From a virus, in the IMG/VR virus record IMGVR_UViG_3300043418_000120, positions 64,001-128,000 of that record: a DNA stretch of 64,000 nt, one strand, 5' to 3'. Made by a program: the position numbers and the translations under genes. The stretch's first letter is position 1. Each line of letters starts with the position of its first letter. This document shows, one piece after another, positions 28,823-38,546 of the stretch. The notes under the pieces were generated by a model, which ran no database searches, was not told where the DNA came from, and worked only from the letters and a program-made list of their open reading frames with translations.

Positions 28823-29254
28823 ATGGAATTAGAAATGTCCCTGAGAGTTGCCCTTGGCAATACTTTCATTATGTACTTCAAGGCGCATAGCCACCACTGG
28901 AATGTGGTTGGTATTGAGTTCTCTCAACTACACTCTTTCTTCGGCGATATCTACGAAGACGCATTCGACGCAGTTGACGGCTTGGCCGAAGAGCTCCGCG
29001 CTCTGAATGTAATGGCTCCAAAGACTTTGTCTGAAATGTACCATTATAAGACAATTAGCGAAGGAAATGTCGCTGTAACTGCTACAGAGATGCTGGAAGA
29101 CCTCAAAAATGCGAATGACGGAGTAATTGAATCCCTAAATAAGTCATTAGAGATCGCGACTCGTGAAAATAAGCAAGGGCTTGTTAACATGTTAGCCGAT
29201 CGTATCGACAAACATAGCAAGCACGGCTGGATGATTGGGAGTCACCTAAAATGA
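28823..29254 (+). CDS. dps: Dps ferritin-like protein
   Basis: HSHHWNV.G..F.QLH.FF..IY, D.LAE.LR, H.KH.WM. Confidence 0.9.
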   Translation: MELEMSLRVALGNTFIMYFKAHSHHWNVVGIEFSQLHSFFGDIYEDAFDAVDGLAEELRALNVMAPKTLSEMYHYKTISEGNVAVTATEMLEDLKNANDGVIESLNKSLEIATRENKQGLVNMLADRIDKHSKHGWMIGSHLK

Positions 29255-31308
29255 GTTACGACGATAACCGCACTGGATTTACTAAGCGCCCTCGTGAGGA
29301 CGACGAAGGTCACAGCAAGCCAAAATTCAAAGCCAAGTCTACAATGGATCGCCCACATACTGTTCACGTGGACGGTAAGGCATGGAAGAAGTTCGACAAT
29401 GGACACCAAGCTCATGCTGCAGCCAAGACCCTAGAAGCTAAAGGTAAGAAAGCAACTGCTATCGCTCACTTCAAGGAAGAAGCTGTCGATGAATCTATGA
29501 CTGATTCATGGAAGAGCGTTCAATCAATGGACAAAGGTTCTGTTCTTTCTGGTAAAGATGGCGCTAAGAAACGCCTTGCTTACTTGAACGCTGTTCATGC
29601 CCACCACAAGAAATTTGGCAATGATACTAAGAAAGTCAAGAGTGAGATTGAAAGTATCAATCGCTCACGTGTTGCTGAGGAAGTTGAACAAGTTAAAGAA
29701 GACACTCTTGTTGAAGGCTCATACGAAAAAGCTGAAGAAAATAAGCGTTCGGCTGAAGCAGCTAAGTCTCAAGCTAGACCATTCGACTACCATATGCATA
29801 TGGCTGACCACCACGACAATATGTCGCAGTGGCATGCATCAAAGGGTCGTCATGGCGAAGCAGATCGTCATGGAGAAAAATCTGACGAACATCACGAAAA
29901 AGCTATGTCTCTTAAAGAAGCTACTGCATACTACAACAAACCATCTTTCCTGAAGAAGATGGGTCGCGTCGCTAAGCAAGAACGTTTGGCTCGCGAGAAA
30001 AAAGAAAAGGAAGCCAAACCAGTGAAAGAAGATACTGATCTAGACGAAGGTCTTAAGCCAGGATGGATGCTAAAAGCTGACACGAATTTGGCCACTAAAC
30101 TCAAAGCGCAACTAGACCGCAAGAAGCACGTTCTTGGTAAACCAAGTCCAGGATATAAGCCCGATGAACCAAAGAAGAAAGTTTCTGAGGAAGTTAAGGT
30201 TTCTACAAACTCTTACGGCAAGAAGTCGACTCGTGAAGTATTGAACGCACTAAGCGGCAAGCAAGATATGTCTCCAGTCCAACAAGACATTAGCCCTGAT
30301 GCTTCTAAGAAGCCAGTTGGTAAAGTGTTGTCTGCTCTGAAGGGCAAACAAACAATGTCGCCAGTGAAGGAAGAAGTTCTCGACGAAGCTCGCGTTAATG
30401 GTCGCGAGTACGCGAGCCATGGTTTGATGCACCCTGATCACGCTAAGATGGACATCCATAAAGTATCTGGCCAACACGTCGACTTCTACGCTAGCAAGAC
30501 TGGTGATAAGATGCAAGGTAAGGTTGTTAAGAACGACGGCAAACACGTTCACATCCAAGCGCATTCCGATAAAGAAATCGGCGATGGTAAGCTACATAAA
30601 TTCAAAGTTCAAAGCTCACTGCCAACACAACACAACGAAGAAAAACAACCAGAAGGTTTGTATTCTTCAAAGCGTCAAGAAACTGACGGACAGCGTATTG
30701 CTCGTCTAGCTAAAGAAAAGCGCCAATCTGAGAAGAAAGAAAAGGTTGAAGAAGCTAAGAAAGAAGCCGCAGTAATGTGCGCTAACTGTGGTAAGCCATA
30801 TCACAAAGGTGAGTGTGATGGTGAACCAGAAAAAGAACTCAAAGAGGAAGAAGGTTATACACTTCACTCTAAGGAAACAAATGCGGACGGTACAATTACA
30901 ATCATCTTAAAGTCGCCAAGCGGCAAGTTGATCCGTCACAAAGGCAAAGGCGCAGCCAATGCTGTTAAGCAACGCTATGGCATTCAATCTGGCGTTCAGG
31001 AAGAAACTGAAACTCTAACAAAGGAAGACACGATGATCAATTCATTCAAATCATACATGCAAGAAGATCTGGACGAGGCAGCATGGCCAGGTACGCCAGA
31101 GTACAAAGCTAAATTCCCTGAAGTTAAGCGACTAGCTAAAGGCGAAAAGCAAAAGGGTGCTAAGGGCACTATCACTGGTACTGGTACTGGTGTTAAACAC
31201 GAACGTGATTACGAAAAGGCTGAGAAGGAGACTGGCGCTTCAGAAACTCAAGAGAAGCGTGGTCGTGGTCGTCCAAAAGGTTCAGCTTCTGGCGCTCGTC
31301 AAAAGTAA
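29251..31308 (+). CDS. Large Lys/His/Glu-rich virion protein with many prohead-protease-like sites and C-terminal AT-hook
   Basis: Repeated (V/L)xE boundaries; ends KRGRGRPKGS. Confidence 0.7.
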   Translation: MSYDDNRTGFTKRPREDDEGHSKPKFKAKSTMDRPHTVHVDGKAWKKFDNGHQAHAAAKTLEAKGKKATAIAHFKEEAVDESMTDSWKSVQSMDKGSVLSGKDGAKKRLAYLNAVHAHHKKFGNDTKKVKSEIESINRSRVAEEVEQVKEDTLVEGSYEKAEENKRSAEAAKSQARPFDYHMHMADHHDNMSQWHASKGRHGEADRHGEKSDEHHEKAMSLKEATAYYNKPSFLKKMGRVAKQERLAREKKEKEAKPVKEDTDLDEGLKPGWMLKADTNLATKLKAQLDRKKHVLGKPSPGYKPDEPKKKVSEEVKVSTNSYGKKSTREVLNALSGKQDMSPVQQDISPDASKKPVGKVLSALKGKQTMSPVKEEVLDEARVNGREYASHGLMHPDHAKMDIHKVSGQHVDFYASKTGDKMQGKVVKNDGKHVHIQAHSDKEIGDGKLHKFKVQSSLPTQHNEEKQPEGLYSSKRQETDGQRIARLAKEKRQSEKKEKVEEAKKEAAVMCANCGKPYHKGECDGEPEKELKEEEGYTLHSKETNADGTITIILKSPSGKLIRHKGKGAANAVKQRYGIQSGVQEETETLTKEDTMINSFKSYMQEDLDEAAWPGTPEYKAKFPEVKRLAKGEKQKGAKGTITGTGTGVKHERDYEKAEKETGASETQEKRGRGRPKGSASGARQK

Positions 31309-31337
31309 ACCAATAACAATAACAAAGGAGAACAACC

Positions 31338-31850
31338 ATGGCACTATGGGGAAAACAAGACGCTGCTGCTCTTTCGCAAGGCACAACAATTGGCGTTACT
31401 AACGGCTCGACAGCCGTAACAGGTTCTGGTACAGCTTTCTTGAGCGATATCAAGAACGGCGACACACTAGTAATCGCATCACCAACAACACAGATTAAGT
31501 ATCGCGTGTTGTCAGTTACATCTAACACTGCTCTAGTGTTGGCCGATAACTTCCAAGGAACAACAAACGCTACATTGGCTGTTGCTAAAGTTCAAGTTCA
31601 ACAATCGCCAAAGTTTGTTTACCAAGCTGCTGTTCCAGTAACTGGTTCTGGCGCATTGGCAGAAGTGTTTGGTGTTGACGCAGTTGAAGCTAAAGTTGCT
31701 TCTAACCCAAAGGTGGCAAGTCCAGGTTGGGTTCGTGTTAAGACTGGTACAGGCGGTCGCTCAGGTCGCGTCACTACTGAAGTTTTGGTAGCAGGTCGTA
31801 CTCTGATTGCTGGCGATAATGGCGACGATTCTACGTTTGCTGACGCTTAA
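31338..31850 (+). CDS. Virion structural protein
   Basis: MALWGK.D...VTGSGTAF...PGWV...GR...EVLVA; AGGAG RBS. Confidence 0.7.
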   Translation: MALWGKQDAAALSQGTTIGVTNGSTAVTGSGTAFLSDIKNGDTLVIASPTTQIKYRVLSVTSNTALVLADNFQGTTNATLAVAKVQVQQSPKFVYQAAVPVTGSGALAEVFGVDAVEAKVASNPKVASPGWVRVKTGTGGRSGRVTTEVLVAGRTLIAGDNGDDSTFADA

Positions 31851-31881
31851 TAAATAAACTGAATAACAGAGGAACATAAAC

Positions 31882-32823
31882 ATGGCATCTAAAAAGATTT
31901 CAGAACTAAACTCAGCGGCAACGTTGACTGGTGCTGAACGATTTTTGATTGTCCAGTCAGGCGATAACCGTCAACTAACACTTGACAGCTTGCTAGCTGG
32001 ACTTACAACTTCGTCAGCAGTAAACCCTACACTTACACTTACTACCAACGCCTTCATCATCAAAGGTACTGGTGGTAACTCTACCAACGGCATCATCCGT
32101 ATCCAAGGTAACTCGTCTAGCTTGCCAACTCTGTTGTTGAGCAACGGCTCAGGTACTAAGTTTACGCTTGGCGTTGGTGACTTGTCTTCAGTTGGTGGCA
32201 CTTCGTTGTCATTGGTTGAAACATGGAACAGCACTACTCAGATCCACACTTCAGTGGACCTACAGATTACTAACACATCATCTAACGCAGCGGCACGTGT
32301 CTTGAGCGTTAAGGTCGGCGGAACTCAAGTTGCTTCGATTGACGTTGGTGGTAACATGTGGTGCCAGACACAGTATCCTAAGTTCGCTTCATTGGGCTTC
32401 GTTGGTACTTACAACGGTATTACTACTGCGATTAACTCTATCTCTGTTGCTGCTAACACTGACTTGTCTTCAAGCCAATTGTCTAGCACTTCGTTGGTAT
32501 ACTTGAACCAGTCAGGCGCTGCTTCTTATAACATCACATTGCCTTCATTGGCTTCTGATGACTCAGCATCTGGTAAGATCTTTACCTTCGTTATCAACCA
32601 AACTACCGCCAACTCACAATCGTTGTACGCTATCAACTCTGCTGAACAAGGTACCTTGTTCTTCAAGTATCGTACTGCTGCTGTTGCTGGTAAGTACATG
32701 ATGCAATTTGCATGGTTGAAGATTGATGGCACAGGTCGTTGGTATCCAGTAACTGGTTGCCCATACGCAGCTACTACTGTTACAACTCCACCAACACAAG
32801 GTATCCAACTACACAACGCCTAA
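31882..32823 (+). CDS. Fibre-like structural protein
   Basis: KKISELNSA.TLTG.E...IVQ N-terminus; Ser/Thr/Gly-rich. Confidence 0.65.
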   Translation: MASKKISELNSAATLTGAERFLIVQSGDNRQLTLDSLLAGLTTSSAVNPTLTLTTNAFIIKGTGGNSTNGIIRIQGNSSSLPTLLLSNGSGTKFTLGVGDLSSVGGTSLSLVETWNSTTQIHTSVDLQITNTSSNAAARVLSVKVGGTQVASIDVGGNMWCQTQYPKFASLGFVGTYNGITTAINSISVAANTDLSSSQLSSTSLVYLNQSGAASYNITLPSLASDDSASGKIFTFVINQTTANSQSLYAINSAEQGTLFFKYRTAAVAGKYMMQFAWLKIDGTGRWYPVTGCPYAATTVTTPPTQGIQLHNA

Positions 32824-33194
32824 TGTTTAAGAGTGAAGCTGAATTTCTACAGTATGCAATGCATAATTATGACAATCCTCAATGTTCTACCGTAACGGAG
32901 TTCGAAGAGGATTTGAAAAAATTCTTGTATCTGAAGAAATTATTTACGCGATACAAAAAGAACGATGAGTTGAAGGAGCGATTAATCCTCAACCACCTCA
33001 TCGTTCTCTTCAATCTTTTTGGCGATCATGCAAATGATATGCTGTTCTATAAGATTGACCCAAGCGATTGGGGCGTACTAGCTACATTTTTAGTTTACAT
33101 TGAGCGTTTGCCAGAACAAATTCCAGGTTCGTCAGTTAAGGCTACGGACTTGGTCTTAGATGAACGAGTAATTACAGAGTTAAGGAAAATCTGA
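32823..33194 (+). CDS. Conserved T4-like hypothetical protein
   Basis: YAMHNYDNPQC...FEEDL...ERLILNHLIVLFN.FG. Confidence 0.8.
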   Translation: MFKSEAEFLQYAMHNYDNPQCSTVTEFEEDLKKFLYLKKLFTRYKKNDELKERLILNHLIVLFNLFGDHANDMLFYKIDPSDWGVLATFLVYIERLPEQIPGSSVKATDLVLDERVITELRKI

Positions 33195-33703
33195 TGTCCC
33201 AAATTGTTGACAATCTGATTGCGTTTAAAATACTTCACATGTTGGTAACACCATTTGAAGAGACAGATGCATTCAAACTTGGCGTCATCGATAAGGCTGG
33301 CCATCCGAGAATGAAGATCAAAGATATGAACCAAGACCAGCGTGACGTCTATACGATGCTTCACCGTCTAGTGTTCCGTCTTAAAATGATCATGGCAAAG
33401 ATTCCAATTATCAACACGAAGTTGGGAACACTAGCAGCAGCATACTTTCTAGTGAGAGAATGCTACGACAATAAGCGAACTGCAACAAACCTTGAAGAAG
33501 ACTTTGTTGACTTGTTGCGCAAGATTCAAATGGAAGATGTAACTCTAGTTGATGAGTACATTCTTGCTGAGAGATATTTTACAGAAGACATGCCAGCCAA
33601 CGTAACAGGCGTGGGTGTTAAGACTGACGAGCCGATCATTCGTAAACGTAATGTGAAGCAGATTCAAGCACTGGCTCGAAGAGCTAAACCAGCAGGTATG
33701 TGA
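33194..33703 (+). CDS. Conserved T4-like hypothetical protein
   Basis: LVTPFEETDAFKLGVID..G...YTMLHRLVF.LK. Confidence 0.75.
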   Translation: MSQIVDNLIAFKILHMLVTPFEETDAFKLGVIDKAGHPRMKIKDMNQDQRDVYTMLHRLVFRLKMIMAKIPIINTKLGTLAAAYFLVRECYDNKRTATNLEEDFVDLLRKIQMEDVTLVDEYILAERYFTEDMPANVTGVGVKTDEPIIRKRNVKQIQALARRAKPAGM

Positions 33704-34293
33704 TGTGGGTTCTTGACTTTTTACCATTCTGGGTGTTCCACCTGATCGTCCTTGCGGGCATCGGTGGAATTATCACATCAATGGCGCTAAAGTTTATCCC
33801 ATTTGTGTCGACCTATAGAATGCCAATTCAAATTGCTGCTATCGCAGCTCTGGTGTTTGGTGTTTACATGGAAGGTGGTATCTCGAACCAAGAGAAGTGG
33901 GAAGCAAAGGTTGCTGAAGCCAAACTCGAGATCGCCAAGAAAGACGCTGAGTCTGCCAATGCCTCTGTCCAAATTGTTACTAAATACATTGACAGAGTAA
34001 CAGTCGTTAAGGAGACAGGTGATGCTATCATCAAAGAAATTCCAAAGTACATTTCGCAAGCTGACGATGCTCAGTGTCGTGTGCCTAATGGTTTCGTCTT
34101 GCTCCACGACAGTGCCAGTCGCAACGAAATTCCCGACACCACCAGAGGCTCTAATGAAGGAGCCTCCGAAGTTAAACTCTCTGAAGTCGCATTAACTGTA
34201 TCAGAAAATTATACACAGTACTACCAAGTGAGCGAACAATTGAAGTCTTTGCAAGACTGGGTGCGTTCTCAGCTAACCATTTACAATAAATAA
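33700..34293 (+). CDS. Rz-like spanin/lysis accessory protein
   Basis: N-terminal TM helices, coiled coil, VTKYIDRV...C.VPNGFV.LHD.A...NY...QL..LQDWV. Confidence 0.65.
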   Translation: MMWVLDFLPFWVFHLIVLAGIGGIITSMALKFIPFVSTYRMPIQIAAIAALVFGVYMEGGISNQEKWEAKVAEAKLEIAKKDAESANASVQIVTKYIDRVTVVKETGDAIIKEIPKYISQADDAQCRVPNGFVLLHDSASRNEIPDTTRGSNEGASEVKLSEVALTVSENYTQYYQVSEQLKSLQDWVRSQLTIYNK

Positions 34294-34304
34294 GAATAAC
34301 AACT

Positions 34305-34625
34305 ATGGACTTAGAAAGAATCGCTAAATTGGAAGCTCAAGTAGAAGGTATCAAGGAGGATGTTGCGGACGTTAAGTCTGACATCAAAGACCTCCACTCT
34401 CGTATTACAACGGGTAATCGTGAGATTATGGACAAGTTCGAAGAGAAAATCAACGAACTAGCCAAATCTGACAAGGAGCAGCACGAGGCATTGAAGAAGT
34501 CTATGGAGACTGTGCGAGAGCGTGTCGATGTACTTGAACGCTGGCGTTGGATGATTGTCGGTGGAGCCATTGTTATCGGCTACTTAATCGGTCACCTCGA
34601 GTTCTTCAAGAAGATTGCTGGTTAA
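34305..34625 (+). CDS. Coiled-coil protein with C-terminal TM helix (possible holin)
   Basis: Heptad repeats followed by WRWMIVGGAIVIGYL. Confidence 0.55.
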   Translation: MDLERIAKLEAQVEGIKEDVADVKSDIKDLHSRITTGNREIMDKFEEKINELAKSDKEQHEALKKSMETVRERVDVLERWRWMIVGGAIVIGYLIGHLEFFKKIAG

Positions 34626-34650
34626 GACTATTCAGAAACCCAACACTGTT

Positions 34651-34679
34651 ATTATACAAGTGTAACGAATTACTGTCAA
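34651..34679 (-). promoter_or_regulatory. Leftward sigma70 promoter, antisense to late genes
   Basis: Reverse complement TTGACA-17-TATAAT. Confidence 0.75.
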
Positions 34680-34690
34680 CTATATCTCCG

Positions 34691-34719
34691 AAAGGCAAGC
34701 ATAAAAACTTGCCTTTTTT
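34691..34719 (+). terminator. Terminator hairpin overlapping the primase promoter
   Basis: AAAGGCAAG-N8-CTTGCCTTT plus T run; TTGCCT-17-TATACT at 34709-34737. Confidence 0.65.
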
Positions 34720-34744
34720 CACATCTTAGGGTATACTTACTCCT

Positions 34745-35764
34745 ATGTTATACGTTGATCTCAAATTCATATCCCAACTTTCCACTCGGCTTCGAAACTT
34801 CAAGCATACGGGCACATACACCTTCAACTTCTCTTGTCCCTTCTGTGGCGACTCGAAGAAGAACAAGCTAAAGGCGCGTGGCTATGTCTATCAGAAGAAG
34901 ACCGACCTCTTCTACAAGTGCCATAACTGTGGCGTAGGCGCCAACGCTGGTAACCTAATCAAACATGTCGACGATTATCTTTATCGCCAATATGTCCTAG
35001 AGCGTTACCAAGGAGGGGCTGACAAGCACAATTCACATAACAAAGTCTCGTATCCAGAGACAAAACCAGTATTTACAGAGCTAAAAGACTCACTTCTAGA
35101 TGGGCTTCGTAGGATTGATACCTTACCCCTTGACCATCCTGCTAGAAAGTATGTGGAATCGCGTTTAATTCCCAAGGACCAAATGGAGCTACTTTATTAT
35201 TGTCCGAAGTGGAAAAAGTTCGTCAATCAGCATAAATACACTTACACTTCAGAAGAAGAGGGTGAACACCCAAGGCTGGTGATTCCATTCTGCAATGAAC
35301 ATGGTAAAGTGTTTGCGTTTCAGGGCAGAGCCTTCGGCGACGAGGCTCCAAGATATATGACCATCAAGCTAGATGAGATGGAACGAATCTTTGGTCTTGA
35401 GCGTGTTAACTTTTCCCAAAAGGTGTATGCTGTCGAAGGTCCACTGGACAGTCTGTTCTTACCCAATTCAATTGCTGTAGCTGGCTCATCGTTTACTGGA
35501 CCGTATCTCAAAGGTCTTGCCAGCAAGTTGGTGGTTGTGTTTGATAACGAACCGCGCAACAAAGATTTATGTAAGCAGATTGGTAAGTGTATCGAAGAAG
35601 GATATACAGTTTCCTTGATGCCAGAGACAGGATACAAAGATATTAACGACTTGGTGAAAGCTGGGTGGTCAGTTGACAAGATCCTTACCTTGATCGACGA
35701 CAATACGGTGAGTGGTCTTGAAGCGACTGCTCGGTTTAACCAATGGAAGAAAATAGGAGCCTAA
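34745..35764 (+). CDS. gp61: DNA primase
   Basis: CPFCGDS...CHNC zinc finger, RLVIPF, QGRA, EGPLDS, DNEPRN, KDIND. Confidence 0.96.
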   Translation: MLYVDLKFISQLSTRLRNFKHTGTYTFNFSCPFCGDSKKNKLKARGYVYQKKTDLFYKCHNCGVGANAGNLIKHVDDYLYRQYVLERYQGGADKHNSHNKVSYPETKPVFTELKDSLLDGLRRIDTLPLDHPARKYVESRLIPKDQMELLYYCPKWKKFVNQHKYTYTSEEEGEHPRLVIPFCNEHGKVFAFQGRAFGDEAPRYMTIKLDEMERIFGLERVNFSQKVYAVEGPLDSLFLPNSIAVAGSSFTGPYLKGLASKLVVVFDNEPRNKDLCKQIGKCIEEGYTVSLMPETGYKDINDLVKAGWSVDKILTLIDDNTVSGLEATARFNQWKKIGA

Positions 35765-35765
35765 T

Positions 35766-35906
35766 ATGAGCGACGGTGGTAAAGGCGACAAGCGTCGACC
35801 AGAAGACCAAAAACAATGGGACAACGGATACGATCGTATCTGGGGTAACAAAAAGAAACAAGATGAACAGAAACCAATTGAAAGCGAACAACAAAATGCA
35901 AGTTAA
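35766..35906 (+). CDS. 46-aa conserved small protein MSDGGKGDKRRP...YDRIWG
   Basis: AGGAG RBS; GKGxxxRP...DRI(W/F)G pattern; not in ORF track. Confidence 0.65.
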   Translation: MSDGGKGDKRRPEDQKQWDNGYDRIWGNKKKQDEQKPIESEQQNAS

Positions 35907-36552
35907 ACTAATCTCCTTCTCTCAATCAGCACACGAAGCCGCGCACGACATGACCGAACTTGTTTCGTATTGCGCTCGCGTGAGCAACCCAAGCAACCAA
36001 TCGAATATGGAAACAAGCGAGAAGTTGATCAAGTACTTGATTAAGAATCAACACTGGTCGCCGCTCGAAATGGTAAACGTGTGTCTGGAGATTACAACAA
36101 CTCGTGATATCGCTCGACAGATTTTGCGTCATCGTTCATTCTCATTCCAAGAGTTTAGCCAGCGCTACGCTGATCCAACTAAAGACTTAGATTTCGTGAT
36201 TCGCGAAGCTCGCCTACAAGACACAAAGAACCGCCAGAACAGTATCGAAACTTCTGACGCTGAGCTGAATGTTTGGTGGGACGCCAAGCAGAAATTCATC
36301 ATCGATCACGTTAAGGCTATCTACGCCGAAGCTATCGAGAAGGGTATTGCTAAAGAACAAGCTCGTGCTATTCTGCCAGAAGGTAATACTGTGTCGCGTC
36401 TATACATGAACGGTACTGTTCGTAGCTGGATCCACTATATACAGTTACGCTCAGCGAATGGTACACAAAAAGAACACATGGACATCGCTAGAGTCTGCGC
36501 TCAAGTCATCGCAGAAGTCTTCCCACTGTCTGCGGAGTTCGTACAACAATAA
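35896..36552 (+). CDS. thyX: Flavin-dependent thymidylate synthase
   Basis: HWSPLE, RHRSFSFQEFSQRY, TQKEH. Confidence 0.95.
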   Translation: MQVKLISFSQSAHEAAHDMTELVSYCARVSNPSNQSNMETSEKLIKYLIKNQHWSPLEMVNVCLEITTTRDIARQILRHRSFSFQEFSQRYADPTKDLDFVIREARLQDTKNRQNSIETSDAELNVWWDAKQKFIIDHVKAIYAEAIEKGIAKEQARAILPEGNTVSRLYMNGTVRSWIHYIQLRSANGTQKEHMDIARVCAQVIAEVFPLSAEFVQQ

Positions 36553-36566
36553 CAGGATAACAATAA

Positions 36567-38351
36567 ATGAACAACATCGTATTAAATTACGAGAGAGATG
36601 CTCTCTTTGACGCATTAGGTATTAAGCGTCTTCAAGAGAGCTATATGAAGGAGGACGAAACGTCCCCTCAACAACGCTTTGCTTACGTCTCTTCAATGTT
36701 CGCGACCGACGACGCTCATGCGCAGCGTCTCTATGAACATAGTAGCAAACATTGGCTCTCTTACTCAACACCGATTCTCTCGTTCGGTCGAAGCAAACGT
36801 GGAATGCCTATCTCTTGTTTCCTCAACTATATCGAGGACACAGCTGAAGGTTTGGTAGAGAACTACAGCGAAACCAGCTGGTTGTCTATGATGGGTGGTG
36901 GTGTTGGTATCGGCTTCGGTATCCGTTCAGCCAGCGACAAGTCAACAGGTGTTATGCCTCACTTGAAGACATATGATGCATCGTCTCTTGCTTACAAGCA
37001 AGGTAGCACTCGTCGCGGTTCTTATGCAGCTTATCTAAGTATTGATCATCCTGATATTATCGCATTCCTTGAGATGCGTAAGCCAACAGGCGATCAGAAC
37101 ATGCGTTGTTTGAATCTACACCACGCTATCAATATTCCTGACACATTCATGGAGTTGGTTGAGAAGTGTATGATTGACCCTGATGCTGATGACAGCTGGA
37201 ATTTGGTTGACCCTGCTTCTCATGAAGTTCGTGAAGTTGTTTCTGCTCGCCACCTATGGCAACAGATTCTTGAACTTCGCATGATGACTGGCGAACCATA
37301 CCTACACTTTGTCACAACAAGTAACAAAATGTTACCTCAGTGGTTGAAAGACTTGGGTCTTGTTGTTCACCAATCTAACCTTTGCTCTGAGATTATTCTA
37401 CCAACAAACGAAAAGCGTACTGCTGTTTGTTGCTTGTCTTCATTGAACTTAGAATACTACGACGAGTGGAAGAACGATCCTACTTTCCTACGCGATGTAG
37501 CGGAAATGCTTGACAACGTTCTTCAGTACTTTATTGACAACGCACCTGACACAATCTCTCGCGCTAAGTTCTCCGCTCTGCGTGAACGAAGCATTGGTGT
37601 TGGAGCTCTCGGCTGGCATGCATTCTTACAAAAGAATAACATCCCATGGGAATCCGCAATGGCTGTGGGTCGTAACAAACAAATTTTTAAACACATCAGA
37701 GAGGGTCTTGATCGTGCGAACATGGAACTTGGATCTCTACGAGGCGAAGCGCCTGATGCAAAAGGTACTGGTTACCGCTTTAGTCATCTTATGGCTATCG
37801 CTCCCAATGCTTCTTCTTCCATTCTCATGGGCAATACTTCTCCTAGCGTTGAACCTTTCCGTGCCAATGCTTATCGCCAAGATACTCTATCAGGCTCTTC
37901 GCTAGCAAAGAACAAGTGGCTTGATGTGATCATCAAAGCCGAAGTTGAAAAACATAAGGATGGTTGGTATGAAGAAACATGGTCAAGTATCATTGCGAAT
38001 GATGGTTCAGTACAACATCTGGAATGGATGGACGACTGGACTAAAGACGTATTCAAAACAAGTATGGAGATCGATCAGCGTTGGGTCGTTCAACACGCAG
38101 CCGACCGCCAAGTGTACATTGATCAAGCCCAATCTATCAATCTATTCTTCCGACCTGATGCGCACATTAAATATATCCACGCAGTACACTTTCAAGCATG
38201 GAAATCTGGCTTGAAGACTTTGTACTACTGCCGTTCTGAGAAGATTGGTAAGGCTGATAAAGTGTCGAAGCGTATTGAACGCGAAGTGATGAAAGAAATT
38301 GACTTGCGTGCTCTCGCTGAGGGTGATGCTTGTATTGCTTGCGAGGGTTGA
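36567..38351 (+). CDS. nrdA: Class I ribonucleotide reductase alpha subunit, no ATP cone
   Basis: ISCF, SNLCSEI, VCCLSS, APNASSS, KTLYY, CIACEG. Confidence 0.96.
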   Translation: MNNIVLNYERDALFDALGIKRLQESYMKEDETSPQQRFAYVSSMFATDDAHAQRLYEHSSKHWLSYSTPILSFGRSKRGMPISCFLNYIEDTAEGLVENYSETSWLSMMGGGVGIGFGIRSASDKSTGVMPHLKTYDASSLAYKQGSTRRGSYAAYLSIDHPDIIAFLEMRKPTGDQNMRCLNLHHAINIPDTFMELVEKCMIDPDADDSWNLVDPASHEVREVVSARHLWQQILELRMMTGEPYLHFVTTSNKMLPQWLKDLGLVVHQSNLCSEIILPTNEKRTAVCCLSSLNLEYYDEWKNDPTFLRDVAEMLDNVLQYFIDNAPDTISRAKFSALRERSIGVGALGWHAFLQKNNIPWESAMAVGRNKQIFKHIREGLDRANMELGSLRGEAPDAKGTGYRFSHLMAIAPNASSSILMGNTSPSVEPFRANAYRQDTLSGSSLAKNKWLDVIIKAEVEKHKDGWYEETWSSIIANDGSVQHLEWMDDWTKDVFKTSMEIDQRWVVQHAADRQVYIDQAQSINLFFRPDAHIKYIHAVHFQAWKSGLKTLYYCRSEKIGKADKVSKRIEREVMKEIDLRALAEGDACIACEG

Positions 38352-38352
38352 C

Positions 38353-38544
38353 ATGGACGCGTATGATATCTCTGGAAAAATGAAGAGTATCTGGATGGAC
38401 CACTGTGAGAAAAACAGTGGGTCCAACACCCGAATCGGTACGATGGCAGTTGTGATTGACACACCTGAGGGATACCGAGAAGTTGTTGGAGTACGATACA
38501 ACAAAGAAATTAAAGCGATCGAGTTAATCATCGACAAGGAATAA
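38353..38544 (+). CDS. Hypothetical protein
   Basis: ORF between nrdA and nrdB. Confidence 0.6.
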   Translation: MDAYDISGKMKSIWMDHCEKNSGSNTRIGTMAVVIDTPEGYREVVGVRYNKEIKAIELIIDKE

Positions 38545-38546
38545 AA

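Noticed and set aside
35776-35895. N-terminal extension of ThyX given in the ORF track
   Set aside because: Region is better explained by the separate ORF 35766-35906; ThyX likely starts at 35896
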